From Cenarchaeum sp. (lineage in GTDB: Archaea; Thermoproteota; Nitrososphaeria; Nitrososphaerales; Nitrosopumilaceae), in contig CBDESU010000002.1 in the NCBI GenBank assembly GCA_965242695.1, positions 1,056,001-1,120,000 on the forward strand: DNA of 64,000 bases, in the 5' to 3' direction. Positions 10,152-20,706 of the stretch are shown here, piece by piece. The notes under the pieces were generated by a model. The model was not told the origin of the DNA. It worked only from the letters and a program-made list of their open reading frames with translations, and searched no databases. Made by a program: the position numbers and the translations under genes. Numbering within the stretch: the first letter of the stretch is position 1; each line of letters starts with the position of its first letter.

Positions 10152-10373
10152 GCCCCCCGCACGCCCCGCCCCGATTTAAACACATTCTGCGATGCGGCCG
10201 TGTCGCGCGGCAGGATGCGGCATGCGCTCCTGTCCAGTTGCCGAACGCGTACGGTGCGCCCCTGGCCGTCCGGCGCGCGCGTCAGCTTCGGCGCAGGCGG
10301 CCCCTGTTGGCACCACGGGGCGACCGCCTTGGCCGGACCGTGCCGGCATGACGCACGCCCTGCTCCGCGCGCG

Positions 10374-11093
10374 CTATTCGTAGCAGAACGCCTTCCTGAG
10401 CTTGCTGAACGCCTCGTCGAGCTCTCGCGTGGCGTCGAGGATATCGACGTCGGGGCCGAGCACCCTCTGCCGGTGCACCTCGTCGAGCACCTTCTTGGCC
10501 GCGCCGACTATCCTCTTGTCCGTGCGGCCAAGTGTGATGCCCTTGCTAACCTTGTCGACGTCGACGTCGACGCCGTGCCTGGCCGCGGCCGCCTCGATGT
10601 GCGCCCTGCTCAGGAGCGAGACGCCGCGCAGCACGCAATGCTCGTTCTTGTCCTGCAGGTGCGAGTACGTTGCATGCTCGAACCTAACGTACTCTGCGGC
10701 ATGCTCGTGCATGGTCATTGCGCTTGTGTGGAGGATCGTCGTATAGAGCTGGTTTGAGAACGTCCCGTTGTAGTCGACGGGGCCGGCCGTTATCATGCCT
10801 CGCATGCGGACGTGCGCCGACGTGATCTTGACGGCGCTGAGCTTCATCGGGTCGGTCACCATGGCATGCTCCTGCGCCGCGACGGCCGCGCCGTGCCTGA
10901 ATATGGCCTCGGTCATGGGCGGCTCGATCGTGTTGAGCATGGTCGTCGACAGGCCTCCGCTTGCCGAGCTTTGCATCGTGTAGTTGTGGCCCTCGTTGTG
11001 GACCACATGCAGCGTGTGGCCGGGCCCGAACCTCCCCTTGAACTCGGCGGCCAGCCGCTCTATCTGCTCGGGGCTAGGCTCGAACGCATCCAT
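10374..11093 (-). CDS. Hypothetical protein (239 aa)
   Basis: Codon bias like host genes; AAATA-containing box upstream. Confidence 0.7.
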   Translation of the reverse strand: MDAFEPSPEQIERLAAEFKGRFGPGHTLHVVHNEGHNYTMQSSASGGLSTTMLNTIEPPMTEAIFRHGAAVAAQEHAMVTDPMKLSAVKITSAHVRMRGMITAGPVDYNGTFSNQLYTTILHTSAMTMHEHAAEYVRFEHATYSHLQDKNEHCVLRGVSLLSRAHIEAAAARHGVDVDVDKVSKGITLGRTDKRIVGAAKKVLDEVHRQRVLGPDVDILDATRELDEAFSKLRKAFCYE

Positions 11094-11165
11094 GGGCGGG
11101 CCGCGCCCGGTCCGTATTTGAGCGGTTTGGCGCCGCGAGCCGGGCCGCCCCGCTCCCGCCGCGGG

Positions 11166-12083
11166 TCATCCGCCCCCGCCTTCCGCCCCCTGCAGGTCTT
11201 CCATGTCGTAGTGGGGGGCCAGGAGCCGCCAGTCGCCAAGCCGCGCCCCGTTGCACACCCCGATCACTACCCCGTCGTCCATGTCCCACGCTGGCGCCAC
11301 GTAGCACCTTGCCTCCTCCGAGTAGTCTAGGCCGGACAGGCTCCTGCCCGAGTTGATCCAGGCCTGCTCCATGAGGCAGCCCGTGGCCTGTGGATGGTAG
11401 TTGACATTGAGCACCTTTATCGCCCTGTACGCGTTCCATCCCGTCCTGTCCATCTCCCTCTCTATCACCGTCATGTGGTTTTTGATGGCCATGTCCACGC
11501 GCGTGTTCTGCCTGACGTACTCTAGCGCGCCGGCCTCGTCGGGCGGCGCCGGCCCGGCCCTCTCGACTAGCAGCCGGGTCTGCTCGTCGGCAAGCTCGTA
11601 GGGGGCGGGCGACCCGAAGCGGCCGTCCGCCAGGTAGCACTTGCGGCCCCGGTCGTACTCCAATTCCGACAGGTTTCCGCCCCATGCTATGTACTCGTGC
11701 TCCCACACGCACCCGCCGGGGGGCGCGGCAAACTGGTTTTCGACCACCACTGTCACCGCGGCCCTCATTCCTTCGCCCGTCCTCTCGCCCGGCCCGGACA
11801 TGGCGTAGATGACGCCCAGCCGCGACTTGGCCCGCGAGTTGTTTTCCACGTACCCGTACAGCCACTCGTCGGGGTGCGCGTACACATCCCGCCACACAGG
11901 CCAGCCCTCCCTTGACACGAGCGCGCGTATCTCCTCCCTGTAGCCCTGGTGCGGCGGCACGTAGCCGAAGCTGCAGGGTGGAATGTCCGGCTCGGTCGAC
12001 GCGTCGTGCGCCGACGCCATGGCGGCAACCGCCAGCATCGCCGCGGCCGGGGCTGCAAGGAGCAGCACGGCGCCGCGCCGCAT
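11166..12083 (-). CDS. Membrane-anchored Cys-repeat hypothetical protein (paralog B)
   Basis: Shares CVWEHEY, PAPYELADE.TR.L..RAGPA, LEYV.QNTRVD and AYRA.K with 8569..9603; start uncertain (12083 or 12137). Confidence 0.75.
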   Translation of the reverse strand: MRRGAVLLLAAPAAAMLAVAAMASAHDASTEPDIPPCSFGYVPPHQGYREEIRALVSREGWPVWRDVYAHPDEWLYGYVENNSRAKSRLGVIYAMSGPGERTGEGMRAAVTVVVENQFAAPPGGCVWEHEYIAWGGNLSELEYDRGRKCYLADGRFGSPAPYELADEQTRLLVERAGPAPPDEAGALEYVRQNTRVDMAIKNHMTVIEREMDRTGWNAYRAIKVLNVNYHPQATGCLMEQAWINSGRSLSGLDYSEEARCYVAPAWDMDDGVVIGVCNGARLGDWRLLAPHYDMEDLQGAEGGGG

Positions 12084-12164
12084 CCTGAACGGCGCCGTCC
12101 CGCCGCCCCCTGGGCCACGCCCGGCCTCCAACTGCATCAGCCCCGCTTTCGGCCACCCGCCGCG

Positions 12165-12800
12165 TCAGAGCCTGACGCAGACAAGCTCGCCGTTGTCGAG
12201 GGGCACGACGACGGCCCGCACCGATGCGCATTCCATGGCGTGCCTTACGAGCGGCCTCATGTGCTCGGCAAACCTCTCCGGCCTAGTCACGTTGTCGACT
12301 CCGATGATGCCTCCCCTCCTGACCAGCGGCAATACGGCATCAAAGTACTCTATCGACCTCTCCTTGTCGGCGTCGATGAACGCAAAGTCGAACCTGCCGG
12401 CCGAGCCGGGCCCCTTTGCGATGCGGCCGAGCGCATCGAGCGCGTCCCCGTGCATGATGTCGACGGCGCCGGCGACCCCCGCCCTCTCGAGGTTGGCCCT
12501 GGCCCGCTTGACCTTTGCCGCCTCCGCCTCGATCGTCGTCACCCTGCCGCCCCCTCTTCCCGCGGCGGCGCCGGCCGCTACGACGGCCTCGGCGAACCAT
12601 ATGGTCGAGTACCCGACGGACGTGCCGATCTCCAGTACGCGCCCTGCGCCGGCGGCGCGCAGCATGATGTTGTACATCTTTCCGATGTCGCGCGTTATGG
12701 CCATCATCTTTTGGCGGCCCGGCACGGAGCCGGGGTCGTCAAGCTCGCGCCTCTCCTGCGCCTCCAGCTCGCGCAGGACGGCGTCCATGCGGTCGTCCAT
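12165..12800 (-). CDS. SAM-dependent O-methyltransferase (caffeoyl-CoA OMT-like)
   Basis: VLEIGTSVGYSTIW, FDFAFIDADK, GGIIGVDN. Confidence 0.9.
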   Translation of the reverse strand: MDDRMDAVLRELEAQERRELDDPGSVPGRQKMMAITRDIGKMYNIMLRAAGAGRVLEIGTSVGYSTIWFAEAVVAAGAAAGRGGGRVTTIEAEAAKVKRARANLERAGVAGAVDIMHGDALDALGRIAKGPGSAGRFDFAFIDADKERSIEYFDAVLPLVRRGGIIGVDNVTRPERFAEHMRPLVRHAMECASVRAVVVPLDNGELVCVRL

Positions 12801-13200
12801 GCCTGCGCGGCCCCGCCCCCCGATAAAACGCCTTTCGGCCACTGCGGCGGCGTCCGACGCCGCACAGGCCCTGTTCGGCCGGCTGCATGCGCCGCTACCG
12901 CCGCTTCGCCGCGTGACGTACGCGCACACCCCTGTGCCGGCGTCCATTGTTGGACGCTTCTCTGCCGCCGCCGCGCCGATCCTACTGCGGCGTTGCGCCT
13001 GCCCATCCGCCCGCTCGTCCGCTGCGCGGAGATGCCGCCGTGCGGCATTGCGCCGCCAAGTGGTTGTCCTGCACCGCTGATCCGCCCCATGTACTGAATC
13101 AAGGGCGGGGCACGCGATGGCGCGCCCCCTAGGCCGTGCGCAGGCAGGCGGGGCATGCCGCACATGTCATTTATATGGAAAGGGGATTAGCTGCCTAGAC

Positions 13201-16200
13201 ATGAAATCCATCCTTGATGCAACCCGCGACGATCTCGACCGCCTCTCCGATACAGAGGCCGTAGAGCTCTTTGCGAGCCTACTCTGGGCGGACTCTTTTG
13301 CCCGCGGGATACGAGCCGAGATTGAAGTGCCGCGCAACACCGATGCCCGGGACGGGGGAATCGATGCGACTGTCAGGGCGCCTGTCGACACAGCGGGGCC
13401 GGGCGTCATAGGGCCGGGCGTCACAAGATACCAGATAAAGTCGGGAAGGGGGTTCAATCCCGCCGCCAAGGATGCCCGGAGGCAACTCCTGTTCAGGCCG
13501 GGGGGCAGCGGGCTGCGCCCTCGCATCAAACACTGCCTTGACGCAGGCGAGGCGTTTGTGGTGGTGCTATTCGGCACCGATGCCCCCGGTCACGAGCAGG
13601 ACACGGCACGCCTCATCCGGGAGGATCTTGCGGGGGTCGATCCGTCCTACAGGGATGCGAGGGTGGAGGTCTGGTACCAGAGCCTGCTACTCGAGCACCT
13701 CAAGAGGCACCCCGCCCTGCAGAGGCGAGTAAAGGGCACGTCCAACATCCCGTTCCTCTCCCATCCTCAGTGGGCATCGACCGAGGACATGGCACGGCGG
13801 TTCGTGTCTGGCCCGCCGCAGGAAAAACTTGTTGCCAGGGCCCGCGATGCGCTGAGGAGCGCGGGCGGCGCAGATGTGCGCATAACGGGCAGGCCGGGCA
13901 GCGGCAAGACCCGCATCGCGCACGAGATTACCCGGCCAGGCGACCTGGAGGCGCTTGTGCTCTACTTTGAAACCCCTCATATGCACTCCTCGACAACTTT
14001 CTGGGCGACCTGATCGCCAACGACGGCGCCAGGGCAATACTGGTTGTCGACGAGTGCGACACGGAAAACTGGCACTATTTCCGGAATCGACTCGCAGGCG
14101 CGGGCGGACGAGTCGGGCTGGTGACCATACACAACAAAAAGGACGATCCCGAGTGCTACGAGCTCGACGATCTCGGCCTGGCCGAGATCAGGGCGATCAT
14201 CAAGGGGTACGGAACAGAGGCCCCGGACGACGCAGTCGACGAGCTTGCTCGCAGGTGCGAGCCGTCGCCCCGGTACGCACACCACATGGCCAAGATACTG
14301 GCATCGGATTCGGGCGGCCTTCCCGACCTCTCGCTTGGCAAGGACGCGGTCCACGAGCACTATATCGGGGCGGGGCTGGGCCCCAACGACGGCGATCGGG
14401 CCAGGAGAAGAAAGACTGTACTCCTGCGGTTTTCCCTCTTTGCCAGGGTCGGCTATGAAGGTTCTCGCTCTGGCGAGTACGAGTTCATACGGAAAGTGTG
14501 CGAGCAGGAGGCCGGGATCACGCCAGACGAATTCAACACAATAGTCCATGAGTTGCGCGGGCTAAAGATCCTGCAGGGATACAAGGAGCTGTACATCGCC
14601 CCACACATGCTGCACCTCTGGCTGTGGAACGAGTGGTGGAGTATACACGGGCACAGCCCTGCCCCGGGGACGTTCTTGTCGCCGGGCGATGGCGGCATGC
14701 CGGACGCGCTGAAGATGGCGTTTCGCGAGATGATTGACAACAACAACTCCGACCCCAAGATCGCCGCCGCCGCGGCCGTCCTGCTGGGCGACGGCGGTCC
14801 GTTCGACGAGGGGGGCGGCGATGCGCTTGAGGATACCGAGAGCGCAAGGACATTTGCCGCGCTGGCCGGGGCCGATCCGGACTCGGCGCTGCGCCTGCTT
14901 GAGAGAACAGTATGCAAGTGGGACGACCGGCGCCTTGGCGGGTTTGTCGCCGGCCGCCGGCAGGTCGTGGGGGCCATTGAGAGGATGGCCGAAAAATCGG
15001 AGGACTTGGAGGCCGCCGCGCACGTGCTGTCGCGCCTGGCAGCCAGCGAAAACGAGATCGGCATCGCCAACAACGCCACGGGCATACTCGCCCGCCTGTT
15101 CGTCATGGCGCCGGCCGCGCTGGCCGGCACGCCGGCTAGCGTAGAGGATCGCCTCGCACTGCTCGCCAAGATGCTCGGGCACAAGGACAAGCGCCGCCGC
15201 GCGCTGGCGCTCAAGGCATGCGACTCGGCCCTAGAGTCGATCCACGCCTCGAGGCTAGACTACGAGCGGGACCGCATTCACTGGAGCCCGAGGGGGTGGG
15301 TTCCGGCCGGGGAAGAGGCCGCCGCGTACCGGCGCGTCATCTCCATGCTGTGCGGGATGCTCGATTCCGCCGACCCCGGCGAGGGGCGTACCGCCGCGGC
15401 CATTATCATAGGGAGGGCGCCGGAGCTGACTCGGCTCCAGGCAGTTTCCGGCTCGGTCGTCGACGCGCTGCGCAGGGTGCTCGAAAAAGGCGCAGCGGAT
15501 CGCCTCGAGGTGGCCAAGACGGCCGAGCTCGTGCTCAGGGCGAACGAGGAGCGCATGGACGGGGAGGCGGCAGCCGCATGCAGGCGGCTTGCCGCAGAGC
15601 TTGCGGGCGGCGACTACGGCTCTAGGATGAGGCGCTACGTGGGCAATGTTATTCCGTCCGGCGCGTCCAGCCTGCCGGACGGGCCTGGGGCCGCCAAGAT
15701 CGAAACGGCCGTGCGGGATCTTGCCGCCGAGTCGCTTCGCGACAGGGATGAGCTCCTGGGCCAGTCCGACTGGCTGTTCGGCCCCGGCGTCGGACGCGCC
15801 CAAATGTTCGGCAGGGAGCTTGCCGCGCAGGATTCCGGCCATGCCCTGCTGCCGGACCTGATCGATGCCATGTCCAAGCCGGGCGGGGATCTGTCGGGGC
15901 TGCTGATCGGCGGGTACCTGGGGGAGGTCTCGCGCGGCGACCCCGTCCTCTGGGAGTCGACAGTGGATGCAATGGAGCGCAGCGGGCGCCTTGCCCCGCT
16001 CGTGCCGGCCGTCGTATGGTGGTCGAGGATCACCGACGGATCGTGGGGCCGCCTAGTGCGCATGTACCGCAGCGGGGCGGCCAAGAAGGATGCGATTGCC
16101 ATGTTTGCCCACGGCGGACGCGCCTGCGAGCTGTCCTACGAGGCGTTCTGCGAGGCAGTCGGGATCATGCTAGAGGCGCCGTCGGCCGGCGACACAAGGG

Positions 16201-17018
16201 CCGCGCTTGCGCTGCTGTCGGGACGCTGCGTGTGCAGGGATCCAGAGCGAGAAGTCCCCGCCGAGGCCGCGTGCAGGGTGCTGCTAGACGACGTCTTCAT
16301 GGCCGGCCCCCGGGAAGGCAGCAGGGCTAGCATCGTAGACATACACTGGGCCACGGTGGCCGAGAGGCTGGCCCGCGACGAGCCCAGCCTTGTCCCGCGC
16401 ATGGCCGGCGCGGCGTTTCGGTCCATGGGCTCGGACGGCGGCGTGTTCTCCGGACCCCGCGGCAGGGCGTTTGGTGCGCTCGACGCGATGGCCGAGAGGA
16501 TGCCCGAGCAGGTGTGGGAGTGCGCCGCAGACTGCCTGGCGGCCCCGCCCGACCAGAGGTCGTACAGGATACTCGAGTGGGCCAGCGGGCGCATGCCGGG
16601 GGAACAGACCTGGCCTGGAGCGCCGCCCAGGCCGGGCGCGGCGGCCCGCGCCGCCCCTCTCCTAGAAAGGGTCAGGCCAGAGTCCGTCTGGGCGTGGGTC
16701 GAGAGGGACCGCGTGCCGAGGGCCAGCTGCATTGCGGAGTTTCTGCCCCGGACGATCTCTGGCCAGGGGTGCATTGCACGCAGGCTGCTCGTCCGGTACG
16801 GCGCCCACAAGCGGGTAAGGGATGCGCTGCACCGTAACTTTAGGGATGCCGCATGGATGGGCTCGGGCATCGACTACTTTGCGAGGGCGAGGAAAGAGTG
16901 CAGGGAGATCGCCTCGTCCGAGCCCGATCCGAACGTGCGCGCGTGGCTTGACGAGCGGATCGAGATCATCGACGGCGCGCTGGCCAAGGAGATGGCGGTC
17001 GAGGCGCGCATGCGGTGA
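13201..17018 (+). pseudogene. Frameshifted nuclease + P-loop NTPase + helical-repeat protein (Avs/STAND-like defence protein, ~1272 aa if rejoined)
   Basis: TTTATA box at ~13170; DGGID...YQIKS PD-(D/E)xK motif and Walker A GRPGSGKT in the first frame; Walker B ILVVDEC in the -1 frame, which is open from 13971 and continuous with 14121..17018. Confidence 0.75.
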
Positions 17019-17054
17019 CCGGCTCGCCAGCGGGCCGCCCGCCGCGCCGCGCCA

Positions 17055-17762
17055 CTATTCCCCCGCCGCCGATACCGCCTCGTCCGCCTCCATGGCCGCC
17101 TCTAGCTCCTCCCTCGAGACCAGCCCGCGCTCGGTTATCCTTTCGTACAGCTCGGGATAGACGAACTCGGCCTCCGAGTAGGCCAGGATGCGCTCGTACT
17201 CCTCTGCAAAGTAGTCGCGCACCACGTCGGCGCCGGATGCGCCCTTGACGTCGAGCCCGTACGCGCGCGCGAGCACGTCGTGGCGGAGGCCCTTCATGGA
17301 CAGCCCGTTGAGCGCAAGGTGCATCTGCAGAAAGTCGACCACATCGGGGCCGTCGAGCAGCCTGCGGTGCAGCCACTTGTCGGCGTCTATACGGTGCGCG
17401 GACATGCGGGCGTACAGGAAGAACAGGTCGAACCGGAGTATGTTGTGGCCTATGATCCTGAGCCTGTCCGACTGCGCGCCGCGCTGCAGGTCGCCGACCA
17501 GGTTGTAGAAGCGCCGCAGCATGCCGGCCTCGCCGCTGTCCCACTCGGTCAGCCTGAACACGTGGCCGTCGTTGACCCTGTACGTTATGACGATGACCTT
17601 GCCCTCGAACGGCGAGAGGGCGCCGCGCTCGACGGCCCAGTACAGGCCCCTGTCCGGCGAGTCCCTGTTCAACTCGCCCGCGTCTATCCTTGCGCGCGCC
17701 TCGAGGTACTCCTTTGCCGCCATGCGCGGCGCCGTCTCGATGTCGACGAACAGGTTGGGCAC
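17055..17762 (-). CDS. Predicted 3'-5' exonuclease (DEDD, PolB-exo/RNase H-like)
   Basis: ExoI LFVDIET, ExoII IGHNILRFDL. Confidence 0.82.
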   Translation of the reverse strand: MPNLFVDIETAPRMAAKEYLEARARIDAGELNRDSPDRGLYWAVERGALSPFEGKVIVITYRVNDGHVFRLTEWDSGEAGMLRRFYNLVGDLQRGAQSDRLRIIGHNILRFDLFFLYARMSAHRIDADKWLHRRLLDGPDVVDFLQMHLALNGLSMKGLRHDVLARAYGLDVKGASGADVVRDYFAEEYERILAYSEAEFVYPELYERITERGLVSREELEAAMEADEAVSAAGE

Positions 17763-17787
17763 GGCGCGGCGCGGCGGCGCGCGAAAA

Positions 17788-18750
17788 TTAACCTTCCCTG
17801 CCGCCGCTGCCGCCGCTACCGCCGCTCAGCCACCTCCCGCCGGCCCCGTCCCGCTCGGCCTTGAAGAGGAACTGCTGCGCGTAGCCCGCGTACGGCCCAA
17901 AGTGCCCGACGATCTCGCCGTGCAGCCGCTCGTACCTGCGCGGCGTGAGCGACGCGCCGCCGGCCGAGAACGCGCCGGGGTAGCGCCGCTCAAGCGCCCT
18001 CGTCGTCCACCTGTCTATGGGGAACGCCTCTAGCTTGTCGAGCGAGAACAGCAGGACGCAGTCGGCGACCTTGCGGCCCACGCCGGGCAGCGCGAGCAGC
18101 GCATCCATGGCCTCGCCGTATCCCGCGCGCCTCCTGAGCCTGCCCAGGTCGAGCCGCCCGGACGCGACGGCCTCGGCGGCCGCCCTGACGTACCCCGCCC
18201 TGTACCCGAGCGAGCATGCGGCCAGGCCCGCATCGCCGGCGCCGGCGAGCGCCTCGGGCGTCGGGAACAGCCGGCATGCGGCCCCGCCGAACCGGACATC
18301 GCGCCCGTACCGCGCGCACATCTTGCGCAGGCTAGACCGTATGTTGGCTATCGACGAGTTTGACGAGGCGACGAACGAGATCAGGCACTGGAAGGGATCC
18401 TGCCTGAGCAGCCTCAGGCCGGGGTACCGCCCGACGGCGGCGCGCACCGTGCCGTCCTCGCAGATGCTGCCGAGTATGCGCCGCATGTCGTCGCCGGAGC
18501 GCAGCAGGCTCGCCGCCCGCCCGCGCACCGACGACGATGCCGATGCCGCACGGCCTCCCGCGCCGCACCGCAGGCGCACGACGGCCTGCCCGTCGATGCC
18601 CGTCCACCTGCACGCCTCCCCCGGCCGCGCGCCCTCTTCGCGCTCCCACAGGAACACCTGGCCGCTGTTGACGGTGTCGTCGACGCTGATCGGGGCAACG
18701 CCGATGCCCGGCGCGCCGGAGCGGCGCGCCACCCCGGCCGCCATCTTCAC
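17788..18750 (-). CDS. ogg1: 8-oxoguanine DNA glycosylase (OGG1 type, HhH-GPD)
   Basis: SGQVFLW, GLRLLRQDPFQCLISF, LGYRA.Y, LPGVGRKVADC, FPID, YAGYAQQFLF. Confidence 0.9.
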   Translation of the reverse strand: MKMAAGVARRSGAPGIGVAPISVDDTVNSGQVFLWEREEGARPGEACRWTGIDGQAVVRLRCGAGGRAASASSSVRGRAASLLRSGDDMRRILGSICEDGTVRAAVGRYPGLRLLRQDPFQCLISFVASSNSSIANIRSSLRKMCARYGRDVRFGGAACRLFPTPEALAGAGDAGLAACSLGYRAGYVRAAAEAVASGRLDLGRLRRRAGYGEAMDALLALPGVGRKVADCVLLFSLDKLEAFPIDRWTTRALERRYPGAFSAGGASLTPRRYERLHGEIVGHFGPYAGYAQQFLFKAERDGAGGRWLSGGSGGSGGREG

Positions 18751-20012
18751 ACGGCGGCTATCTCGCCGGCCTGCGGCGCGTGGGCATCAAACCCAAACCT
18801 CTCGTGAATCTCCTCGGCGAACCTCACGCACGAGTCCCTGTCGCCGTGCACGGTGAGCACCTTTGGGTCGCCCTTTATGCGCCCGATCATGTCGAACAGC
18901 TCGGTCCTGTCCGAGTGGCCCGAGAACTGGAACTGCCTCACCTCGGCGGCGACCTTTAGGTCCTTGCCGCGAGTCGAGACCTTGCCGGTGTCGAGGAGCT
19001 TGCGCCCCGGCGTGCCCTCCCCCTGGTACGACACGAGCGCTATTCCGTTCTTCGGCTCGAACGCGAGCTGCTGCAAATAGTACACGGCGTTGCCGCCGAC
19101 GAGCATGCCGGCCGGCGATATGACGACGCACTGCTCCTCGAGGGCCCTCCTCCTCTCGCCGTCGCCGCGGACGGCGACCGCGTGGTGTATCGCGTCGGCG
19201 AACACCTGGGGATCCCTGAGGTACTCGGGGTGCTTCATCATAATGTCGTTGACCTTTAGCGCCATGCCGTCCATGATGACCCTGTGCTTGAAGTTGGCGT
19301 TGCGCAGGACGCACGCGATCTCCTGCGATCTTTCGACCGAGAACGACGGGACGAACAGCGTCCCCTTCCTGTCCATGACCTCGTTGGCGTAGTCGACGAG
19401 GGCCCTCTCGGACTCTACCCGCGGCGTCTGCTCGGTCTGCGAGTACGTGCTCTCCGTGACCAGCATGTCGATCTCGCCGATGTCCAGGTCGGCCTCGCGC
19501 AGCATCCTCGACCCCCTCACGTGTATGTCGCCCGTGTAGAACAGCTTCTTGCCGCCGGACTCGACGAGGATGGTGCTGCCGCCGAGCACGTGGCCCGACT
19601 CCCTCAGCTCAAAGCTCGCCCCGTTGCGGGCCACCTTTTCCCTGTACCCGACCCTGCGGGCGTTGCGCATCATGTTGCCGACCTCGGGCGCGCCGAACGG
19701 GTGGCCGCCCCTCTCCAGCTTTAGCATGTCGTCGATGAGCAGCTTGCTCAGGTCCATCGTAGGCGCCGTGGCGTACACGTCCGTGTTGCCGCTCACGAAC
19801 AGCGACGGGACGGCCCCAGAGTGGTCCAGGTGCGCGTGGGTGATGACGATCGCATCGACGTCCTTTGGCTTTACGTGGCCGGGGTAGCCCGGCGGCTCGC
19901 CCCTCCTCTTGAGCATGACGCCGTAGTCTAGGAGCAGGTTGGTGCCGTTGCAGTTGACCAGGAACCCTGACCGGCCCACCTCGTGGGCCGCGCCGAGCAC
20001 CTTTACGTTCAC
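18747..20012 (-). CDS. MBL-fold beta-CASP ribonuclease (aCPSF family)
   Basis: LGAAHEVGRS, THAHLDH, SGHVLG, YTGD, ESTY, FSGHSD; GTG start with TTTTAAA box ~25 nt upstream. Confidence 0.92.
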   Translation of the reverse strand: MNVKVLGAAHEVGRSGFLVNCNGTNLLLDYGVMLKRRGEPPGYPGHVKPKDVDAIVITHAHLDHSGAVPSLFVSGNTDVYATAPTMDLSKLLIDDMLKLERGGHPFGAPEVGNMMRNARRVGYREKVARNGASFELRESGHVLGGSTILVESGGKKLFYTGDIHVRGSRMLREADLDIGEIDMLVTESTYSQTEQTPRVESERALVDYANEVMDRKGTLFVPSFSVERSQEIACVLRNANFKHRVIMDGMALKVNDIMMKHPEYLRDPQVFADAIHHAVAVRGDGERRRALEEQCVVISPAGMLVGGNAVYYLQQLAFEPKNGIALVSYQGEGTPGRKLLDTGKVSTRGKDLKVAAEVRQFQFSGHSDRTELFDMIGRIKGDPKVLTVHGDRDSCVRFAEEIHERFGFDAHAPQAGEIAAV

Positions 20013-20119
20013 GGGCCGCCGGCCTTGGCCCCCTTTAAAAGCCATTGGCGCGCCGGCCCATTCCTCGGTGTGGAAAAACGGCACAACCTTTAATTATCAA
20101 TACAGGCCCGCCGCCGGAC

Positions 20120-20332
20120 ATGGGCAGAAGCTATCAAGAGTGGCTCAACGCGCAGGATCAGTCCTTGGTATCCAAGGTGCGGGCCGGCGACGAGGCCAAC
20201 AAGCCGCTCCTGAACCAGATTAACTGGATATGGGTCGCCAACCTCATGGCCAAGAAGGCCGACCTGAACCCCACCTCCGCCGAGCTCCTTGACTGGGTCA
20301 CGTCGGGGCAGATCGACGCGATGAGGAAGTAG
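20120..20332 (+). CDS. Small hypothetical protein (70 aa)
   Basis: Strong codon bias; TTTAATTA box upstream; T-rich terminator-like run downstream. Confidence 0.8.
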   Translation: MGRSYQEWLNAQDQSLVSKVRAGDEANKPLLNQINWIWVANLMAKKADLNPTSAELLDWVTSGQIDAMRK

Positions 20333-20706
20333 CACACGGCTGCTCCTCTTTCTTTGTTTTTTCCAGGCGCGGGGGGCCCTGCGTTGCCGTCCGAGCGCAG
20401 GCGGGGCGGGCAGGGCGCCGTACGCGCCCCTCCCAGGACGCCAGAGGGCCAGCAGGCGGCCTCGTACGGGGGCTGCCGGCCCCGGCAGGCGCGGCGCGAG
20501 CATGGCTAGGATAGGGCGCGCGGCCTGCCTCCAGGGGCTGGCGGCAGGGGCAGGGCGAGGCGGGGCAGCCCCCGCCCGCCCGCCCCCCTTCCGCCGCAGC
20601 GGACAGCAGGGGGCATGGGGGACGCGCTAGCGGGCGAGGCGGGGCGGCCCCCGCCAGCCCCGTGCCGCGGCCCTCCGCGCGCCCCCCGCCCGCCCCGCCA
20701 TCCCCG

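Noticed and set aside
13966-13980. Canonical programmed -1 slippery heptamer at the Avs-like frameshift
   Set aside because: GAA ACC CCT does not fit X XXY YYZ in the upstream reading frame; a one-base loss or sequencing error is simpler
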